Of a stretch of DNA of 64,000 nt, positions 24,234 to 38,130 are shown piece by piece. Below the pieces are notes generated by a model. That model worked only from the letters and a program-made list of their open reading frames with translations, was not told the DNA's origin and made no database searches. How positions within the stretch are numbered: the stretch's first letter is position 1; each line of letters starts with the position of its first letter. Where the stretch lies: the NCBI GenBank assembly GCA_043228905.1, contig JBHGNT010000001.1, positions 31,124,001 to 31,188,000 on the forward strand. The letters run 5' to 3'. This DNA comes from Azolla caroliniana. Its lineage: Eukaryota; Plantae; Polypodiophyta. The translations under genes and the position numbers were made by a program.

Positions 24234-26299
24234 AACCATCCCTGTTTACATTGACGTTTTTGGGTTTAGATTTTTCTTCATGCAGTTGCATATACCATGC
24301 TAAAATTTCAGTTGTAGAGTGTAAACTTACAATGTATTGTTGAAAAGATGTATAATTTGGATAATCTTATAATATATATGCAATACACATTTGATGAAAA
24401 ATCTTACTGGAACCTTTGATTATAGTTACTCAAATGATTTTTTCTTCTATATCTTCTTTATGTTAGTGGAAAACTTTGCTAATGGATATGTGAAGTTTGA
24501 TGAGCAAATATATTGCTTTGTTCAAGTCTCGTTGTCAATAGAAGCTATAATAACAATTCCATGACCATGAAGTGAAACCTTGATCCACTTGAGCAGGACC
24601 AAAATATTGAATCTAAACTGTAATCATTAAATTCTGAACCCCATACCATAAACCATAAGCCTTAGATGCTAAACCCTATATCCGAACTGGTGGTTAAAAA
24701 GTGTCATTCATGTATAAGGTAAGATGATATGACAATGTGGAATTGCCTAGATGTAGGAGAGAAATGCCATACACCATATCCTTGGATTTGGAATACCAAA
24801 CATTTCAATTGAAACTTCGACCAACAAGTGATTTATTTTACTTTCTTCTCTCTTTAAAGATGCTAGGACATGTATGGTTCCCAAACATGAATAGGTTGTT
24901 TCGTTGGCCAAGCATCATTCTAAAAATCCATTTTCAATCCGCTTAGTGATTTGCATTTGTTTTGACTTCTCAACAAGCTCTATGATAATGTGACAATTGA
25001 AGAACCGCGAGTCTTCCCTTTCTTTTGGTTAAAGTTGGAGCTAGTCTAATGAGGTTGATATAGCTTGAAGCTAACACAAGTTGTCATTGAACATAGCACG
25101 TCGATGAGTTCCATTTATCATATATAATGCAATGTTTTGTAATAGCCTTCCCGATACCTCATTTCCACCCGATAATATTTTTAAACCTTCAAATACTTAA
25201 AAATTTTCATTGTTAAACACAATTTCAAATGTATTGTCATGCTTTGAAAATTTTTGCTAATTTTCTATATTCTTGGAGTATCAACAAAAATAATACGATC
25301 CCTATTGTGAAAGCATTAACAAAAATAGCTTATGTGATCCACATATCTCAAGATGGGGCCATAGAATGTTCTTTAGTATTTCATAACTTTATTGTTAGGA
25401 ATCGTGCCAAATATAGCAACAATTTGTGTTTATGGTATAATTATCTTTACACATCTATCTAGCATAATTGTGTATAAAGTTGTGATAATTCTAACAAACT
25501 TGCGAAACATATGCAACCATTCTAGTGGGCCCTTCAATAAAGATTGCCCAACAAAAAAACTCTTATAATCTTGAAAACGAATCCCTTACATTGCAACTTG
25601 TGGATAATTCGCAATCAATCGTCCTTTGCACATTAAAGCATTCATACTAACGAGTTCACATGCTCGAGGCATCATTAAATGTCATCTTTTTCATTTCAAT
25701 GAATTGAGATAATTCTATTCATTGACCCTCGTCACAATTTTACTCTAGAGAACTTTATAAAGTTTTATTCTCAAAGTTACAAAAGCTAGATATCAACCCA
25801 TCAAAGTTAATTAGTACGTAAACATGCATAGAACGATTTAGGTGCACAAGTTGAAATAATACTAGCTAAATCAATGCAAACAAAGGTCGTTTACTTGTGT
25901 TGAAATATTTTCATTTAGGGAATTAGAGTCTATTACGAGGGATGTTTTTCTATCGTTTAATAGTCCTAAAACAAGGGACTGTCGAAGAGAAAACTATTAC
26001 CAAGAGTTTCACCCTTAAACTTGAAATTGTGACTTTGGCTTGTGTCATGATGCCATATGTGCAAGATGAAGTCTCTGTGACACATTGCCATCATCACACG
26101 GATGGCTATGATGGGGCAAAGTTGATACAAAGAAGCAGTTACACCCGAAAGAACTTGTCCACGAGGTCTCCGAATGAAAAGATGGGCAATCAGAGAACAA
26201 AGACGAGGCCGGGAACTGGTCGGGGCGTGATGATTTGTGCGTCTCCTAGAGGACAAACCAAGGGGGAGTCAAGGCATGTGTTGCTTTCGTGGGGCGGGC

Positions 26300-26432
26300 C
26301 ATGGGATGGCTGATCAACAAAGAATATGGTGTACACATGTATTTTTGGCCGACCCCCCCCCGAGACCTGGCTTGCCTAGGTCATGGGATGGCTGATCGAA
26401 GAAGAATATGGCATACACATGTATTTTTGCCC
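26300..26432. repeat. Two ~50-bp direct repeats (period 82) upstream of PNC
   Basis: catgggatggctgatc...aagaatatgg...tacacatgtattttt occurs twice. Confidence 0.8.
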
Positions 26433-26857
26433 AATGCTTTCCGAAGATAAGACTAGTGGTGTAGGCCTGGCTGCCTGGCTTGGCCTCCCTCTTGTGTGCA
26501 AAAAAAATATCGTGACAAAAAAGAACTCCAAAAAAGATAGCACACCTCGCTCTCTCTTAATATATACATATTTGTATGCATGTACATAAATATATGTATA
26601 AAAAAGTATGTATGTATATATGTGTATGCAATGTACATACAGTATATGTATAAAAAAAGTATGTGTGTTTTCAGAAAAGCTGTATTTATAAATTATATAG
26701 AATATGTTTGCCTTAGTCGCTCGCATACATATACTGTATACATATACATACATACATACATACTGATACAGAGCAGAGAAGGACGCCATCCATCGCCGTA
26801 CTCTGCCGATCTCACCCTAACCCCCAACTTCTACGCCCCATATCCTTCCGGTGAAGA

Positions 26858-29728
26858 ATGGGATCTAGCTTCGAAGATCTGGCTGAAGCCACTTCTGGTG
26901 CCATTGGAGGACTCCTCAGTACTTCGATTCTCTATCCTCTGGATACCTGCAAAACCAAGTATCAAGCTGAAGCCCGCTATGGAAATAGTCGAAAATACAG
27001 GCAAGTGAAAATTTACTTCACACACAAATTATCCGCGTGATATGGCTTCGGATAAGCACACGTATGTGTATTGGTAGTGACTGTATGTACGCAAGTAACT
27101 GTAGACTTGTGTTTATGTAGGTGCAAACGTCGGCATGTATATGTTTGTACATATGTGCTTGTATATGTATATTTATATGGATTTTGTTTGTATGTATAAA
27201 TGTATATGGATGTTTCTGTGTATTTAAGCGTATGTGGTACCTGTAGGAATATAAGAAAAATATGGAGTGGTCTTATGAAAGGTATGCTATTTCTGTGCGT
27301 GTATGTTTATACCTGTAGGAATATAAGAAAATATGGAGTGGTCTTATGAAAGGTATGCTATTTATGTGCGTGTATGTTTATACCTGTAGGAATATAAGAA
27401 AATATGGAGTAGTCTTATGAAAGGTATGCTATTTATGTGCGTGTATGTTTATCATAAAATAACTGTATGCTTGTGTGCGTATATGTGTTTTATGCTCTTG
27501 ATACCCGATCTCCAAACATATTGAACTTGCATTTGACGTGTTTTGCAGATCCACGCTTGATGTCCTGAAAGAGGCATATTCTACTGGCCAATGTCTTTCA
27601 TTGTATCAAGGCATAGGCACGAAGAATTTCCAGTCTTTCCTGTCACAGTTCATCTATTTTTACAGTTATAGCTTTATCAGAAACGTCTACTTGCAGAAGA
27701 GCAACAAGAAAAGAATGGACACAGGGGCGAACCTGATTGTAGCTGCTGCAGCAGGAGCTTGTACGTCACTAATTATTCAGGTATTTTTATGTACAACATA
27801 CTGTTTGTGTTCCTCTCATTGTAATGCTAGATTGCATACATATATATTCAAATACATAGAAATCCTTACAATATGAAAGGAGGCAATTTGAAATGAAATT
27901 TTGTATAATTGAAACAATGCCAAAAAATGAAATTTTGCATAATCAGACAATCCATTGGCCAGAAAGTGTGGTAGCCAAATGCAGAAAGCAAGAGCATGAT
28001 CACCATGGACACAACACCCATCATCAACGAAAGCAACGGAGAAGAAATATTAATGAAACTATAGAAAAGCTTTAGAAACCATTTTACAGAGCATAGCTGA
28101 GGCAGTAATAATTCATAGGAGCAGAATATGATAGAGGCAGAGGTGAAACAATACACCCTCTGAGAGATGATAGTACCTGGAGACTGTTTTGAGCATTTGT
28201 GATTTTGAACACAATATTTTCCTGCAGTTGATGAGAGTCTATTTTATCTATCTTCCTAGAAAATAGGCGTCCATCAATTAATTGAGATTTGAGCTTGATT
28301 AGTCCTGTGAGAGCACCACTGATCACGGAGGATGTGATGGAAGAATTAATCTCAAGTGGACATTTATATCAAGTATTAGCAGATGATCGTGTTAGTTGAT
28401 AATTTATTGCCTAACCTTTGTCTCCTCTGGGTTTTGATGCAAGTATGTCATGACTCACTCGCAATGGGAACTATATAATTGTTTGCCGATAAAAAAAAAT
28501 ACAAGAACGAGTTATAAAGTAGTTCAAAAGCTATATGACCAATGAAATGCAAAAATACTTACGGTTGAAATGCTGCCAAGTTCTAAAACCTCTTCTTAGC
28601 ACAAAATTTATACAGGTCATTGCTAGTAGTTGATTTAAAATACTCAACCTGTAAATCTCTTGCAAGAACGCATTCATGATAGTGGTTTTGCAGTGTAGTA
28701 TATTTGGTGCAAGCATGATACATGAGTCCTGAGCAATAGCAAGGAAACTTTGTGCGTCATGTCTGTGCTCTCTTTTTTTGTTGCCAATCAAGTATTGAGC
28801 AAGAGAAAAGGTAAGAATAGGCCAACCTTTGCACTGCCACTGTGTAAAGGTCATGAATAGAACACCTTTTCACTGGTTGAAACTATAAACAGTTTCTTTT
28901 GTTAATTTCTTACAGCCCCTTGATACTGCTTCTGCTCGAATGCAAACGAGTACTTTTGGCAAGTCAAAGAGTCTTTGGCAAACTCTTAGAGACGCTGATT
29001 GGAGACATGCGTTTGATGGCCTTGGAGCTTCACTTATTTTGACATCAAATCCTGCGATACAGGTATATTGCAATAATGTGCTCTGTTTCGTGATCTTTCT
29101 TTTTTTGTGTTTCTCATTGTCTATTTTAAATACAGTATACAGTTTTTGAACAAGTCAAAGGTCGTATATTGAGGATACAAGCACAAAAAGCATCAGTTCG
29201 TAGAGATACCTCACCTGTGGTATTATCTGCCTTGTCTGCTTTTCTTCTTGGAGCCTTTTCTAAAACTATAGCCACCATCATAACATATCCTGCTATCAGG
29301 TATCTGTCAGTATTCAAATTGAAAGATGCATAAATAGAGTGTACTGTGTCCATCACTATTTAATTGAAACAGAAATTGTATCTATGTGATACAGAAATGT
29401 GCATTGTTTAAGCCAACCTTAGGTTTTCACTAATGGGACATTGGATATCTATTTCTACAGATGCAAAGTCCTTTTACAAGCTGCAGCATCAGAAGATGAG
29501 GAAAGGAATCTAAAGTCCAAGAGCATTGTTGATGCTATTCGGATAATATGGCATAGAGAAGGTGCTAGCGGATTTTATAAGGGATTGCAAGCCCAAATAC
29601 TAAAAACTATATTAAGTGCCTCGATAATGCTGATGATAAAAGAGAAGACGTCCAGGGGTACATGGTTTTTTATGATGCGTCTTAGGCAGTGGTTGTCTCG
29701 CAATCAGCGAAGGATTAAAATTACCTAA
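26858..29728 (+). CDS. PNC: Peroxisomal adenine nucleotide carrier (mitochondrial carrier family, PNC1/2-like); exons 26858-27000, 27549-27780, 28916-29062, 29136-29299, 29461-29728
   Basis: [104 protein letters not shown]: three PX[DE]XX[KR]-type carrier repeats, the third degenerate. Confidence 0.93.
27238..27452. repeat. Three near-perfect 71-72-bp tandem repeats in PNC intron 1
   Basis: tacctgtaggaatataagaaaatatggagtggtcttatgaaaggtatgctattt.tgtgcgtgtatgttta starts at 27238, 27310 and 27381. Confidence 0.95.
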
Positions 29729-31165
29729 AAGCTGTATTTATAGTCATATGATTCATTTATAAATCCTATTATTTCATTATAAGGTGTTCATATTGTCATC
29801 ATTTCTAATTAAGATCATTAAAGCACATTTCACCTCAACAGATTCTTATTCAAATTTGCTGTTGATATATTGCTCTCAAGAAAACCAGTATGCTTTTTAT
29901 CATTCTTCAGCTTAACTTCTTTATATCAAGATAATTCAGATAAAGGAAACATCCACTGTCGATTATAAGATGGTTCTCTATTGTTGTTTCTAAACATCGA
30001 AGATCAATGAGTGGTCAAATCTATATATGCCTATGAATACTGTGGTTCCTATTGGTTTGATGATTCTTCCAAGCTTGTTTTTCTCAAACCTGCAGTAGAG
30101 AGGGCAAGTTATAAAATTGAAGTTTTCTTCACAACAGTAAGGTAAAAGAGGTTTATTATTGTGATCTTTAGATCTTCATGACCACCCAAACTTGAAGAAT
30201 GGTAGATTACCTTTTTCGTGATATGTTCTATTCACATCTCTGGAATCCCCATGTCCAACCACAGTTGATAGATAACCTTTTTCTATTGTATGTATGGGAT
30301 GGCATTATTTTCTTGTTTGGATTGCCATATATTTCTGATGTATATTGTAAGTTGTAACTATAATATTTCATGCAAAACGTGGGCTCCTCAAGAAACCTGC
30401 TTTATTGCCATATGCATTGCTTCCTATAAAACTTCAATCAATTCTGTGGCATAGTTTGTTATATCAAATCAAACTATTATTAAATTTGAAAACGTGAGCC
30501 ATGTATAATAGTACGTAGAAAATTTCCATGTTTCAAGATCTCTTTGAGATAAGATAATTGTTAAATCGTTAAAGAAGTCTTGATATGGCACATATTTCGT
30601 ATCCCAAAACCATTATTATTGAATTTCTCGAGTTTAGGAAGAATAATACATGGAAATCCAGAAAAGAAATGAGACAAAACAATTCATTTGATTGCAATGG
30701 AAGATCTCTTTGAGGCAGGAATATTGATGGTTTTGATTGCAATGAGATAAACAATTAATTTGTCAATCTCACTTCCTATAGAGTTCCAACAAAGGGAAGT
30801 ATATTAAATCATGGGATTATTTATAAATATGATCATATCTCAACAAGGCATTGAAGTCAAGAACGGATGGAATGGCGCTCAAAGTAATGCTAACAAATTT
30901 GAAGTGTAAAAATTGGACATTAAAATAACTTTAGTAGAACTGCACATAATTTGGGGCAAGCCAGATGAAATATGAATCTTTTCTTGAAGAAAAACACCTG
31001 AAGTTGATGTTTTTCTCCAAAGCCAGTTTTCTATTATAGAAACAAGTCATTAAGTTATATTATTATATCGGTACTCCCATTTTCCTTGAGGCTGAGAACA
31101 TTATTGAGGTTATTAATTTGATTACAACATGTATATGTAACAATTTGAGCACTTGTGCTTATAGT

Positions 31166-34015
31166 TTAGAGCTCCATTTGCTTGTGTCCAACGTGGATGT
31201 TTGATAAAAGCACATACGGTGCAGAATTTTTTCTATCTAGTTCAAATGAATGTTTTGCAGCCCATTCACCATGCCTCAAATCTGACTGCTGTTGTTGGCA
31301 TGCTCGCAAGAATGCTAGATAAGGTACTTCAGAAGGTTGAAATGGCATCTTGCCAATCAAATATCGCACTTTATCAAGTTGACCTGTTCTTCCCAAGAGG
31401 TCAATCATGCATACATAATGCACTAATGTTGGAGACACACCATACAATTCAAACATGGAGTTAAGGCAGCAAATACCATGATCTACCAAGCCAGAGTGGC
31501 TACAAGCTGTCAATATACTAATGAAGGTGACTTTGTCCGGTATATACCCTTCCTCTTGTATTTCATCAAAAAGCTCAAATGCATGTCTAGCCATACCATG
31601 TTGGCTATACAAACTTATCATAGTATTCCATAAGAGATTGTCATGTGAAGGCGTTGCATGAAAAATAGTCCACATGTTTTCAAGGCTTCCACATTTTGAA
31701 TACATATCAATAAGGGCGGTTATTATAACAACATCTAATGGCATTCCCATGTTGAAGATGCAAGCATGCATTTTCTTTCCTTCATCGAGAGCACCAAGCT
31801 TTGTGCATGCATCAAGAACATTGATATATGTGACTTTATTGGGTAGCAAACCAATTTGCCACATTTTATGGAAGAGTCTAAGAGCTTCATCATCCTGCCC
31901 ACAATGTATACATACAGCAATCATGGAAGTCCACAGAACAACATCCCATTCAGAGAATTGATCAAAAGTCCATCGTGCTTCATTCACTTTGTTGCAATTG
32001 CCATACATGTTAATAACTGCAGTCCCAATGGCAAAGTCTTTTTTATGTTCAGTGTGAGATATAGAAGCATGTACTCGTTTTCCTTCTAAAAGAGCTCTTT
32101 CTCTACCACACATAGAAAGAATAGCAATGAAACTATCATTATCTGGAAGAATTCCTTCCATTTGCATTCTCTCGAGGAGTGGGAAACCTTCTCTCTCCTT
32201 GCAATGCTGAATATACACTGCCACAATTGCATTCCAAGACTGCACCTCATGATCATGCATTGCATCAAATAAGTTACATGCTTTTTGTAATACTTCATGC
32301 CTACTCGGACTACTTTCAACATTAACCTCACACCATAAATGACAATTTCCAGAGTGGTTTAGTTCACTTTCAAATGTTGCTGGAAATTTAGCATATGCCT
32401 CCAGGATACTAGTGTATGTAGCTTTGTCAGGAGATATTCCTTGAATCAGCATTTGTTCAAACAGCTTCACAGTTTCTATAACCTTCCCATTCCCCAAGAA
32501 AACTGCAAGCATTGAATTCCATGTTATTACATCTCGATTCGTCATCTTGGTAAAGGTAATCCATGCATCCTCTGTGAAACCGTATTGGCCATAAATGCTA
32601 AGAAGAGCATTGGCCACAATAACATGTTCCACAAAGCCACTCTCTATAATGTAAGTATGCAATGTTTTTCCTTGAGAGACACTATCACATGCACTGAGTA
32701 TGCTTACGAATGTAATCATGGTCGGAATCATCCCTGATAACAACATTTGTCTAAAGGTGTCAAAAGCTTCAAACTCATGGCCATTTTGGGCATAAACAGA
32801 GATCATAGTGTTCCAGCCAACTACATCCCAAGAAGAAGTTTCATAAAACATTTTGCAAGCATTCTCAACACTCCCACATCTTCCATACATGTTAATGACC
32901 TCAGTTCTCAAAATCTGATTTTTGATATCTCTTACGTGAACATGTATTTGTTCACCTTTAGGAAGCAATTTGCTGCTATCACATGCAGAGAGTATTGCAA
33001 GAAAAGTGACTCTTTCTGGCATCATCGCTTCTTGTTGCATACGGTTGAATAGGACAGATGCCTCTTCACGATTTGCAAAGTGAACACACAATGAGATCAT
33101 TGTAGTCCAAGAAACTATACTCCGTGATAACATTTTCTTGAACTCTACACAAGCAATTTGCATGTTACCACATTTTCCATACATGTTAATGAGAGCATTA
33201 TTGAGCACAACATCTGTTCCACAGCTTAGAATGTGAGTATGAAGTTTTTCCCCCTTGGGTAAATCTGATTCACCCAAACAAGAATCAAGCATACTAACAA
33301 ATGTAGCTTTTGTAGGCAATAATCCTTGATGCAACATATGATAAAAGTGTTGAGAAGCTTCTCGGGAATGTCCATTTCGACCATAATAAGCAAGCATCGC
33401 ATTCCATACGATTACATCACGTTCATATATTCGGTCGAAACTTGTCATTGCCTCATTTGGCTTTCCAAAATTAGTATACATTCCTACAATAGCAGTCCCT
33501 ATTGCACAATCACATTCTATTTCGCTATTAATGATTCGTGCATGCATTTGTTTACCATAGGATAAATGTTCGACAACATCGCATGCCAAAAAGGCAGAGA
33601 CATACGTGAATTTATCTGGTATGGATGCTTGCTGATGCATTTGTTGGAACAACTGTAGGGATACATCACAAAGTCCTTGTTGTGAACAAGATCTGATGAT
33701 AAAATTCCATGCGTATGGAGATGGATGAAGCATGCCATAGAACATGTGGGATGCTTCGTGCATAGCTCCACATTTTCCATACATCTGAACAAGGAGACCT
33801 TGCAAGAACACATCATGGAAAAATCCATGAAACATGATGTGGGCGTGGATGCACATACCATCTTGAAGTTTCTTATGATCTCCATAACATCGCAAGAGAG
33901 AAGAGTAAAATGTACTACTAGTAGTGTGTAATTGTGGGTTATTATGCGGAATGACAAATTCATTATCGCAGGAAACGAAGGAGATATTCCTTGAGAAGAT
34001 GCGAGGTCGTAACAT
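31166..34015 (-). CDS. PLS-class PPR protein, intronless, 949 aa, ending within E2; possible mitochondrial presequence
   Basis: Repeated MYGKCG / WNxMI motifs, ILTACSHSGLV, HYVCMIDLLGRTG, SAPYVLLSNI and then a stop. Arg/Ser-rich N-terminus MLRPRIFSRNISF. Confidence 0.95.
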   Translation of the reverse strand: MLRPRIFSRNISFVSCDNEFVIPHNNPQLHTTSSTFYSSLLRCYGDHKKLQDGMCIHAHIMFHGFFHDVFLQGLLVQMYGKCGAMHEASHMFYGMLHPSPYAWNFIIRSCSQQGLCDVSLQLFQQMHQQASIPDKFTYVSAFLACDVVEHLSYGKQMHARIINSEIECDCAIGTAIVGMYTNFGKPNEAMTSFDRIYERDVIVWNAMLAYYGRNGHSREASQHFYHMLHQGLLPTKATFVSMLDSCLGESDLPKGEKLHTHILSCGTDVVLNNALINMYGKCGNMQIACVEFKKMLSRSIVSWTTMISLCVHFANREEASVLFNRMQQEAMMPERVTFLAILSACDSSKLLPKGEQIHVHVRDIKNQILRTEVINMYGRCGSVENACKMFYETSSWDVVGWNTMISVYAQNGHEFEAFDTFRQMLLSGMIPTMITFVSILSACDSVSQGKTLHTYIIESGFVEHVIVANALLSIYGQYGFTEDAWITFTKMTNRDVITWNSMLAVFLGNGKVIETVKLFEQMLIQGISPDKATYTSILEAYAKFPATFESELNHSGNCHLWCEVNVESSPSRHEVLQKACNLFDAMHDHEVQSWNAIVAVYIQHCKEREGFPLLERMQMEGILPDNDSFIAILSMCGRERALLEGKRVHASISHTEHKKDFAIGTAVINMYGNCNKVNEARWTFDQFSEWDVVLWTSMIAVCIHCGQDDEALRLFHKMWQIGLLPNKVTYINVLDACTKLGALDEGKKMHACIFNMGMPLDVVIITALIDMYSKCGSLENMWTIFHATPSHDNLLWNTMISLYSQHGMARHAFELFDEIQEEGYIPDKVTFISILTACSHSGLVDHGICCLNSMFELYGVSPTLVHYVCMIDLLGRTGQLDKVRYLIGKMPFQPSEVPYLAFLRACQQQQSDLRHGEWAAKHSFELDRKNSAPYVLLSNIHVGHKQMEL

Positions 34016-34269
34016 TTAATAGCCCTTCTTCTTCGTCGTCTTCCCTTTCCTTCCATAGCTCCCTGTTTCTCTTAAGCTTTCATTCCCATCAACATACTGC
34101 TCGGACTCCTACTCCTCCTGGCCTTCTTAGCAGTATTTCCTCACTCGTTGGAAAACAAATCCCAAAATGCCCCCAGGCTTTTCTTTATTTTCACGCATGC
34201 CCTTCGTTTAGAGTACCTTGGTATGTATCTTAGTTAAATCCTGCATTCTTAAGCAATGAACTACATAAC

Positions 34270-34730
34270 TTACTTGAGCACCTATTATTGTTGATTCATT
34301 TGCTCTTTCTCGAATAGCTATTTCAACAATTATATTGTCAATGTATTCAACTATGGGCATTCAGGAAATAAGGAAATCCTTGGACTATTCGAGCATGCAT
34401 TTATGGATCTCCCCTTGAGCAATTCATTGTGTGATTTGCCCTATTATTGTTGGACTCGTTTGGCTTGTCTTACTTACATTCACTATTTCAACAATTATAT
34501 CGTCGGAGATTTTTACTAGGGGTATATGGGAAATAATGAAAACCATGGAGTGTTTGGGGAGCCATCTTGGCTAACCTCCTTGGTGACTAATGAACTACAC
34601 AGATTGAGTACTTTGTATGGTTAGTTTGTTTGCCTTTTCTCGATTATTTATAGGCTTCCAACTGTTATAATATGAATTACATTTGACTGGGTGCACTTGG
34701 GAAATAATGATAACGTTGGATTATATGAGG
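34270..34730. repeat. Three highly diverged ~160-170-bp-period repeats upstream of PPR2
   Basis: cctattattgttg...ctatttcaacaattatat...ggaaataa[gt]gaaa..c.tgga recurs at about 34280 and 34440, and more degenerately at about 34610. Confidence 0.55.
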
Positions 34731-37511
34731 AAAGCAAATGTTTTGAGTCATAAATATCTAACGTTTTATTGTTAGTAATTCAAACTATTACCCTATTTCA
34801 AGCGGTAGGCAATCGATGATAGAATAAGATTGTCTTTACTAGAACATGTAAAACATTCGCTAATATGTTCTGACGAGGACAATAACTTTTGACCATGCAT
34901 GTTTTTGAAGTATGTTGATATTTTTGTGCATGCATAAGGAGACACATAAACGTGATGCTATACATATTGAATGTATAAAGAACCACACACCCATTGTTGG
35001 GTGGATCTTGTGAGTTTCGTGTGGAATCAAGCAAAAGACACATCAATCAGTATCCATTCTTGTTATATCCTTGAAATAATAGAATGTGGTTAGTTAAAAC
35101 TAAATGATGACATTCTCTCCCTTTTGTCTACATGTTATTGAATTTGTTTTCTTTGTGACCATAGTGGATATTGACATTACTTCTTGGTCTTTTATGATGG
35201 AAGTGGGATCAAGTAGCCTCAACACCCATTCAAGTTATATCTCAAAAGAGTAGAATGATGATTACTATGATACGAACTCTCTCACACTTTCTCTCAATAG
35301 TATTCAGTAAGAAAATATCTATTATGATTCGTGCAACGTTGTTGATCATAATCCTTATCACTACATTACAATATTTATGCATTTACTAGTAAAAATTTCA
35401 AACCTTATTGACACCCGCCATATTTAGGCATAAAAATTTTAATTCTCAAACCTTATGGAGGTAGAAGAGCACATGTCAAAATATTGTTGGAGCAATGGAG
35501 GAGGTTGTTACATATACACGTTCCCCCTTTAGACAAGCATGTACCGTGACATATATTCTACTCACACTATTTTTAGCTTTAATGGATTAACCGATGCATC
35601 GATGGACATGTGTTTAATTTAAACAAGTTTTCATTTATATGATTTGTTTTCGCAAACTGTGAAATCCAAACCCATGGCTATACATCATAATACCTTATAG
35701 TTGACTATAGCCTATTGTGAATTCGACCCTATTTGCACAATCCCGAAAGCAATGTAACGCAATCATTTTCCACTCCCCATGATTTGATGTTACATCATGT
35801 AGCTTTTATATGTGTTACACCAAGCAATCATTTTACCACTCCCCATGATAGAGGTTACATGACATTTTTATTGGAATGTAATGCGTAGCTTCTATGTGTG
35901 TTACATTGAGTATTGCAATTGAATGTTCTTCAAAAGGCTATAATGATTAGCATTTGCCTTTTTATGTCCGTGCTAATAACACATGATTCACAAAGAGGTG
36001 GAAAACATGATTGGAAAATATGAACCACAAGAGGAAGACAAACATGATTGGAAATTATGATGTTGCTCTAAAAGTGCAGAGTGTGATAGAACTAACTTTT
36101 GATAGAGGCCATTGGTAGGAGAAAACAATTTAGGAGCAAGCACATTCTAAAAAACTTCACTGCTGTAATGTAAACAATATTTCTACTGGATGTCTTGGAT
36201 TCGTTTTCTATGTGAGGTACATGGACAAGTTTGTGAATTGGGCTTGAGTTGATTGTTTTTTTTTTGTAGGGATTTGAAAGCTCTCTACTATCCAAAGCTA
36301 ACAAAGAAGCCGAAAGACAAGTATTGTCCCTAAACCCATCTTATGCTACATGTTCTTTTGACAAAGCCTACCAATGATAGCAATTTTCTTGTTTTTTTGG
36401 TTTGTAAGCTCTTGAAATTTCCAAACTACCGAGATTGCCGAACTGTGGGCACTTTAGCCATCGGGTGTAAGCTCAAACCAAGAGGCATTTGCAACTACAT
36501 CTAGATTAATTAGGAAGCTTTTCTTGTTACACCTGCCATTTGCTTCCATAACTAACTCTTTTTCCAAATTTGATGCTCAAAAGCTCATCCAAAAGTCGAG
36601 ACTACGAAGGAGCCGAAAGGCAAAAGGCTTCCAGTGTTTGGCCTATAGCTTATCCCAGGAGGATTTTTGTTTTGTCACTATGCAACAACTTTTGTATCAC
36701 AAATGGCTTTCCATCACACTATTTCCGAGTTCCCCAAGTTATTTTATTTTGTTGGAAGAAGTAATTAATACCTACCTACCTATCACAATAGTCTCGATCC
36801 GTGAGCCCGTGAATGTAAAAGCACGCACATAATAGATGCATTATTATGTCATTCGAAGGGGCTTCCGCGAGGTAAAACTTATTCTGTAGTGTCGATCCCT
36901 TGATGAGGCTTTTGTCTATAGAGAGCGTGACGACCCGGACAAAACACCCGAGAAGAATCTACCTCCATCCCTCTCTTTGTCACTCACACACACTCTCTCT
37001 CTCAATGAGCCCATGAGGGAGAGACCAAGGTTTGGTTTTGTCCCATCGCAAGCAAGCAAGGGAACAAGCAAAACAAAGACATAGATGAATAAAAATGAGC
37101 AGATAAAATAAATAAATAGACGATTTAATAGGGAAAGAGATAAAATAAATAGATAAATAAGGAGATAAGCTAAGTATTATGCATGTTATGTAGAAGTAAA
37201 AAAAGAAAAAAGAAAAAAGAAGCTCCATACAAAAATATCTACACGAAAATGTACATTACATTATGTATATGTATGTATGGACAAATTACAACATAAATGT
37301 ATGTAATATGAATTTGCGAGCGAAAAAAAGAAAAAAGAAAGGATAAATAGAAAAAAGGGTGTTTTATGTATTTATTAATTATTTACTCGATTTTATTATA
37401 CGTTTTTTTTATTATAATTTGGATTAAAAAATAAAAATGAGAAAAGAGCCTTCATTTATTACCTCATCACGAAGGCAGGGGAGGAAGGAGCACACAGACA
37501 GAGACAGAGAA

Positions 37512-37545
<34 letters not shown>

Positions 37546-38020
37546 TTGTCGACAGACTGTCCAAAGCAGCAGCAGCATCACCATGAAAGCTTTGATCATC
37601 AGAAGAAGTAGAAGAGGAATGAAGAAAGAAGAAGAAAGAAGAAAGAAGAAGCAAAAAGAAAGAAGAAGACAAAGACACCATTTACTCTCTCTGTCTCTCT
37701 CACCCTTTTGCTTGTGAAAAAACTACTTGTTTACTGATGGTACTTTGGGTTACTGATGGTTCTACCTTATCACGATTCACCCCATCGCAAAGACGAAGGC
37801 GACGGAATGAAGGAAAAGGGACAGCTTAGCCCATTCTCCGGGAAATTCCTCTCATTTCTTCTCCTGTCCCGTCGCTAATTCTGTACGACCAAAAGCTCAG
37901 ACTGAAGTGGTTGTGTGAGGACGATGACGCTAATTCTGTGAGGGATGATGATGGTGATGATGATAAGGGAGTAACTATGGTGAAAAGCTAGCCTCTTTCT
38001 TACTACAGAGTGTGAGTGAG

Positions 38021-38130
<110 letters not shown>

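Noticed and set aside
24740-25900. Transposase or retroelement remnant
   Set aside because: Looks like decayed sequence, but I could not identify any DDE, RT or integrase motif in any frame.
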